In this document: one piece after another, positions 41,842 to 51,938 of the stretch
Numbering within the stretch: the first letter of the stretch is position 1
How the letters are laid out: each line of letters opens with the position of its first letter
From: an uncultured delta proteobacterium
Lineage (GTDB): Bacteria; Myxococcota; Myxococcia; SLRQ01
Direction of reading: 5' to 3'
Assembly: GCA_963727485.1 (NCBI GenBank)
Contig: CAVSGM010000005.1
Span: forward strand, 64,001 to 128,000
DNA length: 64,000 nucleotides
Notes under the pieces: model-generated
Seen by the model: only the letters and a program-made list of their open reading frames with translations
Databases searched by the model: none
What the model was told of the DNA's origin: nothing
Translations under genes and position numbers: made by a program

Positions 41842-43272
41842 TCACTGGAAGAACGACCAGGGCAGCGACGCCGTGGCGCTGCCCTGCCCCCAGAAGAGGG
41901 CCGTCTGGGCGGTGCCGTCCAGGGTGATCTTCCACAGGTAGCGGGCCCCGCTGGCCTGCTGCTGCTTGACGATGTTGCCGGCGGGGTCGTAGCCCACGAC
42001 GTCGAAGGCCAGCCGGTTGTCGTAGTAGCTGAACGCCCAGAAGGTCGAGGTGCCGCACTTCACCACAGGGCAGATCACGCCGGTGGTGCTGTTGGGGCCG
42101 CTGACGCAGAAGACGCTGGTTCCGGTGGGCCTCTTCGCGGGCGCGTTGCCGTCCGTGGTCACCGAGGGGGTGCAGGCCACGCAGGCCCCGCCGGCGCAGT
42201 CCTGGTTGCCGGCGCACACCGTCCCGCAGCCGCCGCAGTTGTTCCGGTCGTTCTGCAGGTTGGCGCAGAAGTTGGCGGCGCCACCGGTTCCGGCGCAGGT
42301 GGTCTCGCCGGCGGCGCAGGCCACGGCGCAGGTGCCGCTGTCACAGATCTGGCCGCTGCCGCAGGCGTGGCCGCAGGTCCCGCAGTTCGCCGGGTCGGAG
42401 CCCGTGTCGGCGCAGTAGCTCGCACCGCTGGCGGGGGTGCAGAGGGTCAGCGAGGCGCTGCACACCGTGGTGCAGGTCCCGGTCACGCAGGCCTGGTCGG
42501 CGGGGCAGGCGTTGCCGCAGGTGCCGCAGTTGGCGTTGTCGGTGTCGGTGTTGGCGCAGTAGGCGGCGCCGCTCGCGTCGGTGCACTGGGTCTGGCTGGC
42601 CGGGCAGGTGGTCTGGCAGGCACCGCCGGTGCAGACCTGGTCGGCGGGGCAGGCGTTGCCGCAGGTGCCGCAGTTGGCGTTGTCGGTGTCGGTGTTGGCG
42701 CAGTAGGCGGCGCCGCTCGCGTCGGTGCACTGGGTCTGGGCCGAGGGGCAGGTGGTCTGGCAGGTGCCGCCGGTGCAGGCCTGGTCGGCGGGGCAGGCGT
42801 TGCCGCAGGTGCCGCAGTTGGCGTTGTCGGTGTCGGTGTTGGCGCAGTAGGCGGCGCCGCTCGCGTCGGTGCACATGGTCTGCGACGACGGGCAGGTGGT
42901 CTGGCAGGTGCCGCCGGTGCAGACCTGGTCGGCGGGGCAGGCGTTGCCGCAGGTGCCGCAGTTGGCGTTGTCGGTGTCGGTGTTGGCGCAGTAGCCACCG
43001 CCGCTCGCGTCGGTGCACTGGGTCTGGGAGGTGGGGCAGGTGGTCTGGCAGCTGCCGCTGGCGCAGACCTCGCCGGCGGCGCAGGCGTGGCCGCAGGCGC
43101 CACAGTTGGCGCTGTCGGTCTTGGGGTTGGTGCAGGTGGCGCCGCACTGGAGCTGGCCGGTGGGACAGGCTCCGGCGTCGCTGCCGCCGGCGGTCTGGCT
43201 GGAGCCACAGCCGGCGAAGAGGAGCAGGCCGAAGGTGGCCACAACGGTGGTGAGTGTCGCTGAGCGGGTCAA
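41842..43272 (-). CDS. Cys-rich repeat lipoprotein (MXAN_6577-like/STIG1-like repeats)
   Basis: GAAGGA SD before TTG 43272; lipobox FAGC; repeated C..TDxxNCGxCGxAC....C..G.C. Confidence 0.85.
   Translation of the reverse strand: MTRSATLTTVVATFGLLLFAGCGSSQTAGGSDAGACPTGQLQCGATCTNPKTDSANCGACGHACAAGEVCASGSCQTTCPTSQTQCTDASGGGYCANTDTDNANCGTCGNACPADQVCTGGTCQTTCPSSQTMCTDASGAAYCANTDTDNANCGTCGNACPADQACTGGTCQTTCPSAQTQCTDASGAAYCANTDTDNANCGTCGNACPADQVCTGGACQTTCPASQTQCTDASGAAYCANTDTDNANCGTCGNACPADQACVTGTCTTVCSASLTLCTPASGASYCADTGSDPANCGTCGHACGSGQICDSGTCAVACAAGETTCAGTGGAANFCANLQNDRNNCGGCGTVCAGNQDCAGGACVACTPSVTTDGNAPAKRPTGTSVFCVSGPNSTTGVICPVVKCGTSTFWAFSYYDNRLAFDVVGYDPAGNIVKQQQASGARYLWKITLDGTAQTALFWGQGSATASLPWSFFQ
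42490..43065 (-). repeat. 144-bp near-identical tandem repeat x4 (48 aa units)
   Basis: gcaggtgccgcagttggcgttgtcggtgtcggtgttggcgcagtag recurs at 144-bp spacing (e.g. 42517 and 42661). Confidence 0.9.
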
Positions 43273-43324
43273 GGAGTGTCCTTCCAAGGTGAGTGGGTTT
43301 GCTGCACGGATGGGCAGCGTAGGC

Positions 43325-43353
43325 TTGGTAGAGGGCAGCCGTACCCGTGTCAA
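43325..43353 (-). promoter_or_regulatory. sigma70-like promoter of the Cys-rich lipoprotein gene
   Basis: Minus strand TTGACA-N17-TACCAA. Confidence 0.55.
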
Positions 43354-43459
43354 CGCGGGGATCCCTTGGGGGGCGGGGGTGTGGGCGGCCGCCGAGTGGC
43401 CTTGGGGACACGCCCTTCGGGGGTGCCGGGGCTCGATCCGTGGACCTATATTGCTTCCC

Positions 43460-43843
43460 ATGGCCGCCCCCATCCGCATCGCCGTCCTCGACGATCAGCC
43501 CGCCGCCGGCGTCGCCGCCCGGGAGACCCTGGGAGCGCTGGGCTACGACGTCCGCACCGCCACCTCCCTGCCCGAGTTCGAGGCCATGGTCGACCGGTTC
43601 GACCCCCAGGTGATCCTCCTCGACGTGCGGATGCCCGACGTCCCCGGCGACGTGGTCTGCCAGGCCCTGAAGAAGAACGTGACCACCGCCAACACCCCGA
43701 TCCTCCTCTACTCCTCGCTGGCCGAGGCGGCGCTCGCGCGCCACGTCCGCCGGGCCGGGGCCGACGGCTACATCTGCAAGACCTGGGGCCCCGAGGCCCT
43801 CAAGGCCCGCCTCGAGGCCCTCGCCGACGAGGTCCTCTTCTAG
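43460..43843 (+). CDS. Single-domain response regulator
   Basis: IAVLDD, LLDVRMPD, ILLYSS, GADGYICK. Confidence 0.9.
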   Translation: MAAPIRIAVLDDQPAAGVAARETLGALGYDVRTATSLPEFEAMVDRFDPQVILLDVRMPDVPGDVVCQALKKNVTTANTPILLYSSLAEAALARHVRRAGADGYICKTWGPEALKARLEALADEVLF

Positions 43844-43913
43844 CCGCCGGCTCGCCTCTGCGGTCCCCAAAGCCTTTGCGCCGGGGCCGGGGGTCGGCTA
43901 GACGGGTGGGGCC

Positions 43914-45962
43914 ATGGCAGCCACCGACCGCAAGGAACGGATCCTGGTCACCGCCGCGCTCCCGTACGCCAACGGGCCGGCACACCTGGGTCATCTCGTC
44001 GAGTACATCCAGACCGACATCTACGTCCGGTTCCTCAAGCTCACCGGGCACGACGTCATCTACGTCTGCGCCGACGACACCCACGGGGCGCCCATCGAGA
44101 TCAACGCCCGGAGCCAGGGGATTGCCCCCGAGGAGCTCGTGGCGCGGTTCCACGAGAGCCACGCCCGGGACTTCGCCGACTTCGGCGTCGACTTCGACGT
44201 CTTCTACACCACCCACTCCGACGAGAACCGGCGGTGGGCCACGCGCATCTACGAGGCCCTGCGCGACGGCGGGCATGTCACCGAGCGGACCACCGAGCAG
44301 CTCTACTGCGAGACCGACGAGCGCTTCCTCCCGGACCGCTTCGTCAAGGGCACCTGCCCCAAGTGCAAGAGCCCGGACCAGTACGGTGACGTCTGCGAGA
44401 AGTGCGGTGCCACCTACGAGCCCACCGAGCTCCTCGACCCCCGCTGCGCCCTCTGCGGGGCCACCCCGGTGCGCCGGGAGTCGACCCACCTCTACGTGCA
44501 GCTCGACCACTTCCGGGCCTTCCTCAAGGGGTGGACCGCCGGCGGGACCCTCCAGCCCGAGATCCGCAACTTCGTCGAGAGCTGGCTCGCCGAGAAGCTC
44601 CACGACTGGTGCGTCACCCGCGACGGGCCCTACTTCGGCTTCGAGGTCCCCGACCGGCCGGGCAAGTACTTCTACGTGTGGCTGGACGCGCCGATCGGCT
44701 ACATCAGCTCCACCGAGCACTGGGCCGCCGGCCACGACGCCGACGTCGCCGACTACTGGGAGCGCCCCGGGGCGCGGATCATCCACTTCATCGGCAAGGA
44801 CATCGTGTACTTCCACACCCTGTTCTGGCCGGCGATGCTCGAGGGGGCGAACCTGGCGCTCCCCAGCCGGGTGGTGGTCCACGGGATGCTCACCATCAAC
44901 GGCGAGAAGATGAGCAAGAGCCGGGGCACCTTCATCAACGCCCGGGACTACCTCGACCACCTCGACCCCGAGTGGCTGCGCTACTACTACGCCGGGAACC
45001 TCTCGGCGCGCCCCGACGATCTCGACCTCAACCTCGAGGACTTCCGCCACCGCCTCAACGCCGAGCTGGTGAACAACGTGGCCAACCTCGCCCATCGGGC
45101 GGTGAGCTTCGCCGAGAAGTACCTCGACGGGCGCATCGGCACCCCGGCGGACCCGGCGCTCGCCGAGGAGGCCATGGGGCACCTGGCCGCCATCCGGGAC
45201 CACTACGAGTCCCTGGAGTTCCGCAAGGCCATCCGCGAGGTGAACCTCCTCGCCGACCTGGGCAACCGCTACTTCCAGGATCGCGAGCCGTGGAAGGCCC
45301 GGCACACCGACCTCGAGAACGCCCGGGCCACGGTGACCGAGTGCGTGAACGTGGCGCGGCTGCTGGCCCTGGCCCTCAAGCCGGTGGTGCCGAAGTTCAC
45401 CGCCAAGGTCGAGGGGATCCTGGGCTGCGGGGAGCTCGTGTGGGACGAGGTCGCCTTCGACTTCGGGGACCGGACGCTGGGGCCCGCCGAGCCCCTCGCC
45501 GAGAAGGTCGAGCCCGAGCGGGTGGCGGCGCTGCTGGCGAGCCAGGTCGAGGCCGGCAAGCCGCCCGAGAAGGCCGCGGCGCCCGAGAAGGCCGCGGGCG
45601 AGGAGAAGCCGGCGGCCGCCGACGAGGGCCCGGCCACCATCGACTTCGACGCCTTCACCGCCGTGGACCTCCGGGTGGGTCTCGTCCAGGCGGCCGAGAG
45701 GGTGAAGAAGGCCGACAAGCTCCTCCAGCTCACCGTCGACCTCGGCGAGGCCGAGCCGCGGACCATCGTCGCCGGCCTGGCGCTCGCCTACGCCCCCGAG
45801 GACCTGGTGGGCAAGCGGGTGGTCGTCGTCGCCAACCTGGCGCCCCGGAAGCTCCGGGGCATCGTCAGCCAGGGGATGATCCTCGCCGCCGGCCCGGGTG
45901 GCGCGGATCTCCAGGTCGCCGAGGTGGGCGGCGAGGTGGCCCCGGGCACCCGGGTGAAGTGA
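43914..45962 (+). CDS. metG: Methionine--tRNA ligase
   Basis: ALPYANGPAHLGH, DDTHG, Zn knuckles, KMSKS, C-terminal tRNA-binding OB domain. Confidence 0.97.
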   Translation: MAATDRKERILVTAALPYANGPAHLGHLVEYIQTDIYVRFLKLTGHDVIYVCADDTHGAPIEINARSQGIAPEELVARFHESHARDFADFGVDFDVFYTTHSDENRRWATRIYEALRDGGHVTERTTEQLYCETDERFLPDRFVKGTCPKCKSPDQYGDVCEKCGATYEPTELLDPRCALCGATPVRRESTHLYVQLDHFRAFLKGWTAGGTLQPEIRNFVESWLAEKLHDWCVTRDGPYFGFEVPDRPGKYFYVWLDAPIGYISSTEHWAAGHDADVADYWERPGARIIHFIGKDIVYFHTLFWPAMLEGANLALPSRVVVHGMLTINGEKMSKSRGTFINARDYLDHLDPEWLRYYYAGNLSARPDDLDLNLEDFRHRLNAELVNNVANLAHRAVSFAEKYLDGRIGTPADPALAEEAMGHLAAIRDHYESLEFRKAIREVNLLADLGNRYFQDREPWKARHTDLENARATVTECVNVARLLALALKPVVPKFTAKVEGILGCGELVWDEVAFDFGDRTLGPAEPLAEKVEPERVAALLASQVEAGKPPEKAAAPEKAAGEEKPAAADEGPATIDFDAFTAVDLRVGLVQAAERVKKADKLLQLTVDLGEAEPRTIVAGLALAYAPEDLVGKRVVVVANLAPRKLRGIVSQGMILAAGPGGADLQVAEVGGEVAPGTRVK

Positions 45963-45966
45963 CGCC

Positions 45967-46680
45967 GTGCCGAGCCTCTGGTCCCATGTCCCGGTCAGCG
46001 TGGATCGCGTCGACCCCGAGCTCCTCGAGGCCGACACCGCCACCCTCCTGGAGATCCTCGACACCGAGGATCACGGCCAGCGCGCCGCCGCCGCCTGCGC
46101 CCTGGCCCTCCGCGGCGACCCCCGGGCCCTCGACGCCCTCATCGACTGCCTGAAGGTGAAGGCCCTGCGCTACCCCTGTCTCGAGGCCCTGCGACACCTC
46201 GACGACCGGCGGGCGGTGCCGTCGGTCCGCGCCCTCTTCGAGAAGCGCTTCCTCTCGGTCTTCGACCGGACCCAGGCGGCGGGGCTCCTGGCCCAGCAGG
46301 GGGACGAGGCCGGGCGCCGGCACCTCCTGGTGCGCCTGGGCCGGCGCCGGCGTGACGACGACCGGGGCCTGGCCATCGAGCTCGCCGCCGACCTGAAGCT
46401 CGACGAGGCCGTTCCCGAGCTCGAGACCATCGCCGCCGACCCGAGGGACCTGTTCCGGGGCGCCGCCCTCAAGGCCCTGGCCACCCTGCGGCCCGGGGCC
46501 ACCCGCCCGCGGCTGGTGGCGCTGGTCACCAACGCCGAAGAGGACCCGGACGTCCGCGCCGACGCCGCCGAGGCCCTCCACGCCCTCGGCGGCGCGGGGG
46601 TGCGCGAGGCCCTCGAGGTGGCCGCGGGCGGCGACGACGCCGAGCTCGCCGAGGTGGCCCGGGGGCTCCTCGACGCCTGA
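45967..46680 (+). CDS. HEAT-repeat protein
   Basis: Repeated RxxAAxAL..L.D.RA motifs; lies between metG and tatD. Confidence 0.8.
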   Translation: MPSLWSHVPVSVDRVDPELLEADTATLLEILDTEDHGQRAAAACALALRGDPRALDALIDCLKVKALRYPCLEALRHLDDRRAVPSVRALFEKRFLSVFDRTQAAGLLAQQGDEAGRRHLLVRLGRRRRDDDRGLAIELAADLKLDEAVPELETIAADPRDLFRGAALKALATLRPGATRPRLVALVTNAEEDPDVRADAAEALHALGGAGVREALEVAAGGDDAELAEVARGLLDA

Positions 46681-46702
46681 AGCCGACCCGGGAGTCAAGC
46701 CC

Positions 46703-47665
46703 ATGTTCGTCGACGCCCACACCCACCTCGACCCCGACTACTACGACGACGGCCCCGAGGCGGTCATCGCCCGGGCCCACGCCGCCGCGGTGGATCAGCT
46801 GGTGGTCGTCGGCTGCGGGGTCGAGGCCTCGCGCCACGCCGTGGCCCTCGCCGAGCGCCACCCGGGCCGTCTCTTCGCCGCCGTGGGCATCCATCCCCAC
46901 GACGCCGGGAAGATGACCGACGCCGACTTCGACGCCATCGGCGAGCTGGCGCGGCGCCCCGAGACCGTGGCCGTGGGCGAGACCGGCCTCGACTACTACT
47001 ACGACCACTCGCCCCACGAGGTGCAGCAGGCCGCCTTCGCCCGCTTCTGCCGCCTGGCGAAGGACGTGGGCAAGCCGGTGGTGGTCCACACCCGGGACGC
47101 CGAGGCGGACACGGTGCGGATCCTCGAGGCCGAGGGCCCGTTCCCCGCAGGCGGGCAGATCCACTGCTTCACCGGCACCCCGGCCCTCGCGGGCCCGGCC
47201 CTGGCCCTGGGCTTCCACGTGAGCCTCGCGGGGGTCATCACCTTCGCCAGCGCCGACGCCCTGCGCGCCGCGGTGGCCGAGGTGCCCCTGGACCGGCTCC
47301 TGGTGGAGACCGACGCGCCGTACCTCACCCCGGCGCCGTTCCGGGGGCGGAAGAACGAGGCGATGTTCGTCCCCACGGTGGCCGCGAAGATCGGCGAGCT
47401 CAAGGGGGTGCCCTTCGCCGAGGCGGCGCGGGCCACCTCCGAGAACGCCCGGCGCCTCTTCCGGCTCCCCGAGGTCGACCCGGCGCCCTGGTTCGCGTTT
47501 GCCGCCGGCCGGGTCCTCCACCTCAACGGCGCCGCCAATCCCGAGGCGGTGCGCGAGGCGGCGGCGCAGGTCACCCTGAAGAAGGTCCGCCAGGTGGCGG
47601 TCCACGGCGGGGGCGCGCCCCCCGAGTGGGTCCGGGAGCGTGGCCTCGAGGTGGTGGAGGCGTAA
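46703..47665 (+). CDS. tatD: TatD family nuclease with C-terminal extension
   Basis: DAHTHL, GIHPH, VGETGLDY, HTRDA, IHCFTG, LLVETDAPYL, NARRLF. Confidence 0.93.
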   Translation: MFVDAHTHLDPDYYDDGPEAVIARAHAAAVDQLVVVGCGVEASRHAVALAERHPGRLFAAVGIHPHDAGKMTDADFDAIGELARRPETVAVGETGLDYYYDHSPHEVQQAAFARFCRLAKDVGKPVVVHTRDAEADTVRILEAEGPFPAGGQIHCFTGTPALAGPALALGFHVSLAGVITFASADALRAAVAEVPLDRLLVETDAPYLTPAPFRGRKNEAMFVPTVAAKIGELKGVPFAEAARATSENARRLFRLPEVDPAPWFAFAAGRVLHLNGAANPEAVREAAAQVTLKKVRQVAVHGGGAPPEWVRERGLEVVEA

Positions 47666-47741
47666 GGTCGGCCCGGGTGCGTTCCCGGCGCCGGTGCCTA
47701 CGCTGCGACGCGGGCCACGAGAAGGCCCCAGGAGCCCCTGC

Positions 47742-48989
47742 ATGTACGAACACCTGCTCTCCGACGAAGCCCGGAAGGTCCGGGACGAGGTCCGCGACCT
47801 CGTCGCCTGGGTCCCCCGCCAGATGATCCTCGACATGGACGCGGAGAAGATCCGCTTCCCCCGGGAGTTCCTCGCCGAGGCCGGCCGGCGCAACCTCCTC
47901 GGCGTCCGCTACCCCAAGCAGTGGGGCGGCCGGGGCCTCGACTGGGTCACCACCTGCATGGTCATGGAGGAGGTCGGCGTCCTCGGCTACATCTTCGCCT
48001 GCACCTTCGGGGTCGGCGCCGAGCTGGTCTGCGACGCCATCCTCAAGCACGGCACCGACGCCCAGAAGGAGAAGTACGTGAGGCCGCTGTTGGCCGGCGA
48101 GCGCTTCGCCGCCGAGGGGCTCACCGAGCCGCGCGGGGGCTCGGACTTCTTCGGCACCTCCACCACCGCCGTGGACGCGGGCGACCACTACGTCTTGAAC
48201 GGCCAGAAGCGGTTCATCGTCGGCGCCGAGGGGGCGGACTTCTTCCTGGTCTACGCCCGCACCGACCCCGACGCCGAGCCCCACAAGGGCATCTCGGCGT
48301 TCATCGTCGACCGGGGTCCGGGGGTGGAGGTCCACTACCTCTACGGCCTCATGGGGGCGAGGGGCGGCGGCACCGGGCGCGTGGTGTTCAAGGACGCGAA
48401 GGTCCCCAAGGAGAACGTGGTCGGCCAGCTCAACGGCGGGGTGAAGGTCTTCGAGACCATGATGATCCCCGAGCGCCTGGGCACCGCGGCCATGACCATC
48501 GGGCCGGCGCGGGCGGCCCTGGAGGTGGCCGGCGGCTACACCACCCGGCGCCGGGCCTTCGGCCAGACCATCAACACCTTCGAGGGGGTGAGCTTCCAGG
48601 TCGCCGAGGCCTCGATGCTCCTCGATGCGGCCACCTCGCTGGTCTACACCACCGCCCACGGGGTCGACGCCGGCGAGGACCGCCACGTCATCCGGCGGCA
48701 CATCAGCGAGACCAAGAAGTTCGTCACCGAGAGCTGCCAGAAGGTGGTGCACAACGCCATGCAGGTCATGGGCGGCATCGGCTACACCAACGTCTACCCG
48801 GTGGAGCGCATCCACCGGGACCTGCGCCTGGCGTCGATCTGGACCGGGACCAACGAGGTGATGAGCATGATCATCGCCCACGAGTGGTACCGGGAGTACG
48901 CCGAGGCGCGCAAGCGCAAGGCCCCCTGGCGCGACTACGAGGCCGACGCCGCCGAGGCCGAGGCCGAGGGCGAGAAGATCTACGAGTAG
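47742..48989 (+). CDS. Acyl-CoA dehydrogenase
   Basis: GLTEPRGGSD, YVLNGQKRFI, RRAFGQ, QVMGGIGY, ERIHRD, IWTGTNEV. Confidence 0.93.
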   Translation: MYEHLLSDEARKVRDEVRDLVAWVPRQMILDMDAEKIRFPREFLAEAGRRNLLGVRYPKQWGGRGLDWVTTCMVMEEVGVLGYIFACTFGVGAELVCDAILKHGTDAQKEKYVRPLLAGERFAAEGLTEPRGGSDFFGTSTTAVDAGDHYVLNGQKRFIVGAEGADFFLVYARTDPDAEPHKGISAFIVDRGPGVEVHYLYGLMGARGGGTGRVVFKDAKVPKENVVGQLNGGVKVFETMMIPERLGTAAMTIGPARAALEVAGGYTTRRRAFGQTINTFEGVSFQVAEASMLLDAATSLVYTTAHGVDAGEDRHVIRRHISETKKFVTESCQKVVHNAMQVMGGIGYTNVYPVERIHRDLRLASIWTGTNEVMSMIIAHEWYREYAEARKRKAPWRDYEADAAEAEAEGEKIYE

Positions 48990-49027
48990 GCGCGCGGCCG
49001 GCCGGCGCCCGCCGTGCCCGGCGGCGC

Positions 49028-49786
49028 CTAGGCCCGGAACCCGTCCTTGCGCGACCGGAGCTCGGCGAAGGCCTCCACCGGATCGGCCCGGCCGGTGTGG
49101 GCCCGGAACGCCGGATCGCCCACCCGGAGAAACGGGTTGGTCTCGAGCTCCTCGGCCAGGGTGGCCGGGACCGTGGGCTCGCCCTGGTGCCGGCGCCCCT
49201 GGGCCTCGGCGAGGCGCAGGCGCACCGCCTCGTCGTCGGGATCGACACTCTGGGCGAAGGCGAGGTTCCCCACCGTGTACTCGTGGCCGCAGTAGACCTG
49301 CGTCGACCGGGGGAGCGCCGCCAGGGCCGAGAGGGAGGCGTGCATCTGCGCCGGGGTGCCCTCGAAGAGGCGGCCGCAGCCGGCGGTGAACAGGGTGTCA
49401 CCGGTGAACACCGCCTCCTCGGCGGCGAAGTGGAACGCCACCGCCCCCAGGGTGTGGCCCGGGACCCGGAGGCAGGTCGCCTGGCTCCCGGCGGCTTCGA
49501 CGACCTCGCCGTCGGTGACCGCCCGGGTGGCGCCGGGGATGCGGTCGAGGTCGTGGTCCGAGCAGATCACCTCCAGGTCCGGGTGGGCGGCGAGGAGGCC
49601 CTCGACGCCGCCGACGTGGTCCCAGTGGTGGTGGGTGAGGAGGATCTGCGTGAGGGGCACGCCGGCGTCCGCGACCGCCGCGAGGACCGGCTCGGCCTCC
49701 GAGGGGTCGACGACGGCGCAGGTCTTCTCCCCCACGAGGAGCCAGGCGTAGTTGTCCTTGAGGAGCGGGAGGCCGACGATTCGCAT
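49028..49786 (-). CDS. gloB: Hydroxyacylglutathione hydrolase (glyoxalase II)
   Basis: DNYAW, THHHWDHVGG, PGHT, FTGDTLF.AGCGR, CGHEYT, ELETNPFLR. Confidence 0.95.
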   Translation of the reverse strand: MRIVGLPLLKDNYAWLLVGEKTCAVVDPSEAEPVLAAVADAGVPLTQILLTHHHWDHVGGVEGLLAAHPDLEVICSDHDLDRIPGATRAVTDGEVVEAAGSQATCLRVPGHTLGAVAFHFAAEEAVFTGDTLFTAGCGRLFEGTPAQMHASLSALAALPRSTQVYCGHEYTVGNLAFAQSVDPDDEAVRLRLAEAQGRRHQGEPTVPATLAEELETNPFLRVGDPAFRAHTGRADPVEAFAELRSRKDGFRA

Positions 49787-49878
49787 GGCACCGGACCGTA
49801 GGCCGGCGATCCCAGGCGGTCAAGGCGCGCACCCCGCGGTGGGCCGACCGGCCGCGCCGAGGGGATCGCTCGGCGCCG

Positions 49879-51834
49879 TCAGCCCCGGGCGAGGCGCTGG
49901 CGCGCCCGGCCGATGAGCTGCTCGACGTCCACGTCGAGGGTGCGGTCGAGGACCTCGACGTCGGGGTTGAACACGAACTCCCCGGAGCGGATGGAGAGGA
50001 CGCCGGTGAAGGCCTCCTCGCCGCGGACCTCGCCGAAGGTGGCGCTGACCACCCGGCCCTTCTCGAGGAAGATCTCGCCGTTGCGCCGGTGGCCGGTGAC
50101 CACCACCTGCCCCGAGCGCCCGGCCTCCGAGAGGATGGTGAGGATGTCGGGGAGCGGCATCTCGTCGAGGGTGCCCCGGATGGACTTGCCCTTGGCGCCG
50201 GCGGCGGCGTGGGTGTCGAGGACCCGCTTCACCTTGGCGAGGAACACCTCCACCGCGTCGGGCTGCTTGACCACGTAGTCGGCGGCGCCGAGGGAGAGCC
50301 CCTGCTCCACCGACTCGGGGCGGGCGTCGGTGGTGAGGAAGACCACCGGGAGCCCCTCGCCCCAGGGGAGGCTGCGCAGGTGGGAGACGAAGGTGAGGCC
50401 GGTCTCGCCCTCGCCGAGGAGGGTCTCGGTGATGAGGAGATCGGCGCCGTCGGAGAGGATGTCGAGGGCCGCCGCCGCCGACCGCGCCACCGAGGTGACG
50501 TAGCCCTTCTGGGTGAGCTTGAGCTCGAGGAGCGAGCCGTTCTCCGGGTCGGGATCGAGGATGACGATGTGCTGGCCGTCGGCGAGGAGCTTCTGGCGCA
50601 TCAGGTCGCCGGTGACGATCTGCCGGAGGAGCTCGACCACCTGGGGGTCGAGGAGGGTGCCGGCGTAGGCGGTGAGCTCGGCGATGGCGAGGTCCCGGTC
50701 CAGGGGGTCGGCGCCGTCGCGGCCGAGGTGGGTGAGGTCCTCGTAGGCGTCCACCGCGGCGATGAGCCGGGCGCCGAGGCTGATGTCGGCGCCCCGGAGC
50801 CCCTCGGGGACCCCGCTGCCGTCCCAGGCCTCGTAGAGCTGCCCCAGGATCCGGTTGACCTCCACCGGGAGGTGGACCGACTCCATGAGCTTGTGGGGCG
50901 TCCGGTAGTACTTCTCGGCGTCCCCGTGGTGGCCCTCGTCCTCGGCGACCTTGATGGCGGTGAGGTGCCGGTCGGGCTTCTTGCCCAGGTCGTGGAGGTA
51001 GGCGGCGATGATGTGGTGGTTGGTCTCGCGCTCGTTGAGGCCCATGCGCCGCGAGAGGCTGCGCACCAGCTTCGCCACCGCCGCCGAGTGGCCCTTGAGC
51101 GGTCCGCGGCCGATCTCCAGGAGGCCCACCAGGACGTTGAGGGTCTCGATGAAGTCGTTGTCGCTGGTGAGCGAGGCGCCGTGGACCTCGTCGATGGCCT
51201 GGCGGACGCTGGTGGGTGCCGCCGCGGTCCCGGAGTGCGGGGTGCCGGGGTTGGTCTCGGTGGGGACCTTGAGCTCGCTGACGCCGCTGCCCGAGCCCCG
51301 GGCGTGCTCGTAGTAGTCCACCAGGACCCGCACGTCCTCCCGGGCCCGGGGGTTCACGCTCTCCAGGTCGGCGAAGGCGCTGATGTCGCCGTAGTAGTGC
51401 TTCTTCACCGCGGCCCGGACCGCCGAACGGCTGGCGATGTAGGCGGCGACGCTGCCCGACTCGGAGAGGAGGCGGATCTCCTCGATGAGCTGGAGGTTCT
51501 GGGGCTCGGCCATGACCACCGAGAGGGTGCCGCTCGGCTCGTCCCAGAGGATGGGGAGGACCGCCGCCTGCTCGGCCATCCGCACCGGGACCCGATCGAG
51601 GATCGCCGAGGGGATCTTCACCTTGGAGAGCTTCTCGGTGCTCACGTACCGGGTGCGGTACTCGGCGGCGAGGAAGCGGAGCAGGGCCTGCTCCGGGACG
51701 TACCCGTTCTCGATGAGGATCTCGCCGAGACGGCCGCCGTGCTGCTTCTGGAACTCCAGCGCGGCGACGAGCTGGTCGGCGGAGAGCATCCCCGCCTCCA
51801 CGAGGCGCTCACCGAGGCGCTTGTGTTGGGACAT
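49879..51834 (-). CDS. MshEN + degenerate HD-GYP + pseudo-REC + DUF4388-like protein
   Basis: RLGERLVEAGMLSADQLVAALEFQ; HDLGK; LYEAWDGSGVP; LLITE at the acceptor site; IRGTLDEMPLPDIL..SG..GEIFLEKGRVVSA. Confidence 0.88.
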   Translation of the reverse strand: MSQHKRLGERLVEAGMLSADQLVAALEFQKQHGGRLGEILIENGYVPEQALLRFLAAEYRTRYVSTEKLSKVKIPSAILDRVPVRMAEQAAVLPILWDEPSGTLSVVMAEPQNLQLIEEIRLLSESGSVAAYIASRSAVRAAVKKHYYGDISAFADLESVNPRAREDVRVLVDYYEHARGSGSGVSELKVPTETNPGTPHSGTAAAPTSVRQAIDEVHGASLTSDNDFIETLNVLVGLLEIGRGPLKGHSAAVAKLVRSLSRRMGLNERETNHHIIAAYLHDLGKKPDRHLTAIKVAEDEGHHGDAEKYYRTPHKLMESVHLPVEVNRILGQLYEAWDGSGVPEGLRGADISLGARLIAAVDAYEDLTHLGRDGADPLDRDLAIAELTAYAGTLLDPQVVELLRQIVTGDLMRQKLLADGQHIVILDPDPENGSLLELKLTQKGYVTSVARSAAAALDILSDGADLLITETLLGEGETGLTFVSHLRSLPWGEGLPVVFLTTDARPESVEQGLSLGAADYVVKQPDAVEVFLAKVKRVLDTHAAAGAKGKSIRGTLDEMPLPDILTILSEAGRSGQVVVTGHRRNGEIFLEKGRVVSATFGEVRGEEAFTGVLSIRSGEFVFNPDVEVLDRTLDVDVEQLIGRARQRLARG

Positions 51835-51938
51835 GGGTACCCCGAACGGCCAAAACCACCGCAGAATCGCGGCGATGGATCAGTATAGGCGGGGCCGGGT
51901 CAGGGGGTCAAAATCCTGCCCCCGGCCCCCTGGGTGCC

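Noticed and set aside
42490..43065. Regularly spaced repeats as a possible CRISPR array
   Set aside because: 144-bp in-frame coding repeats without unique spacers; no cas genes in the window.
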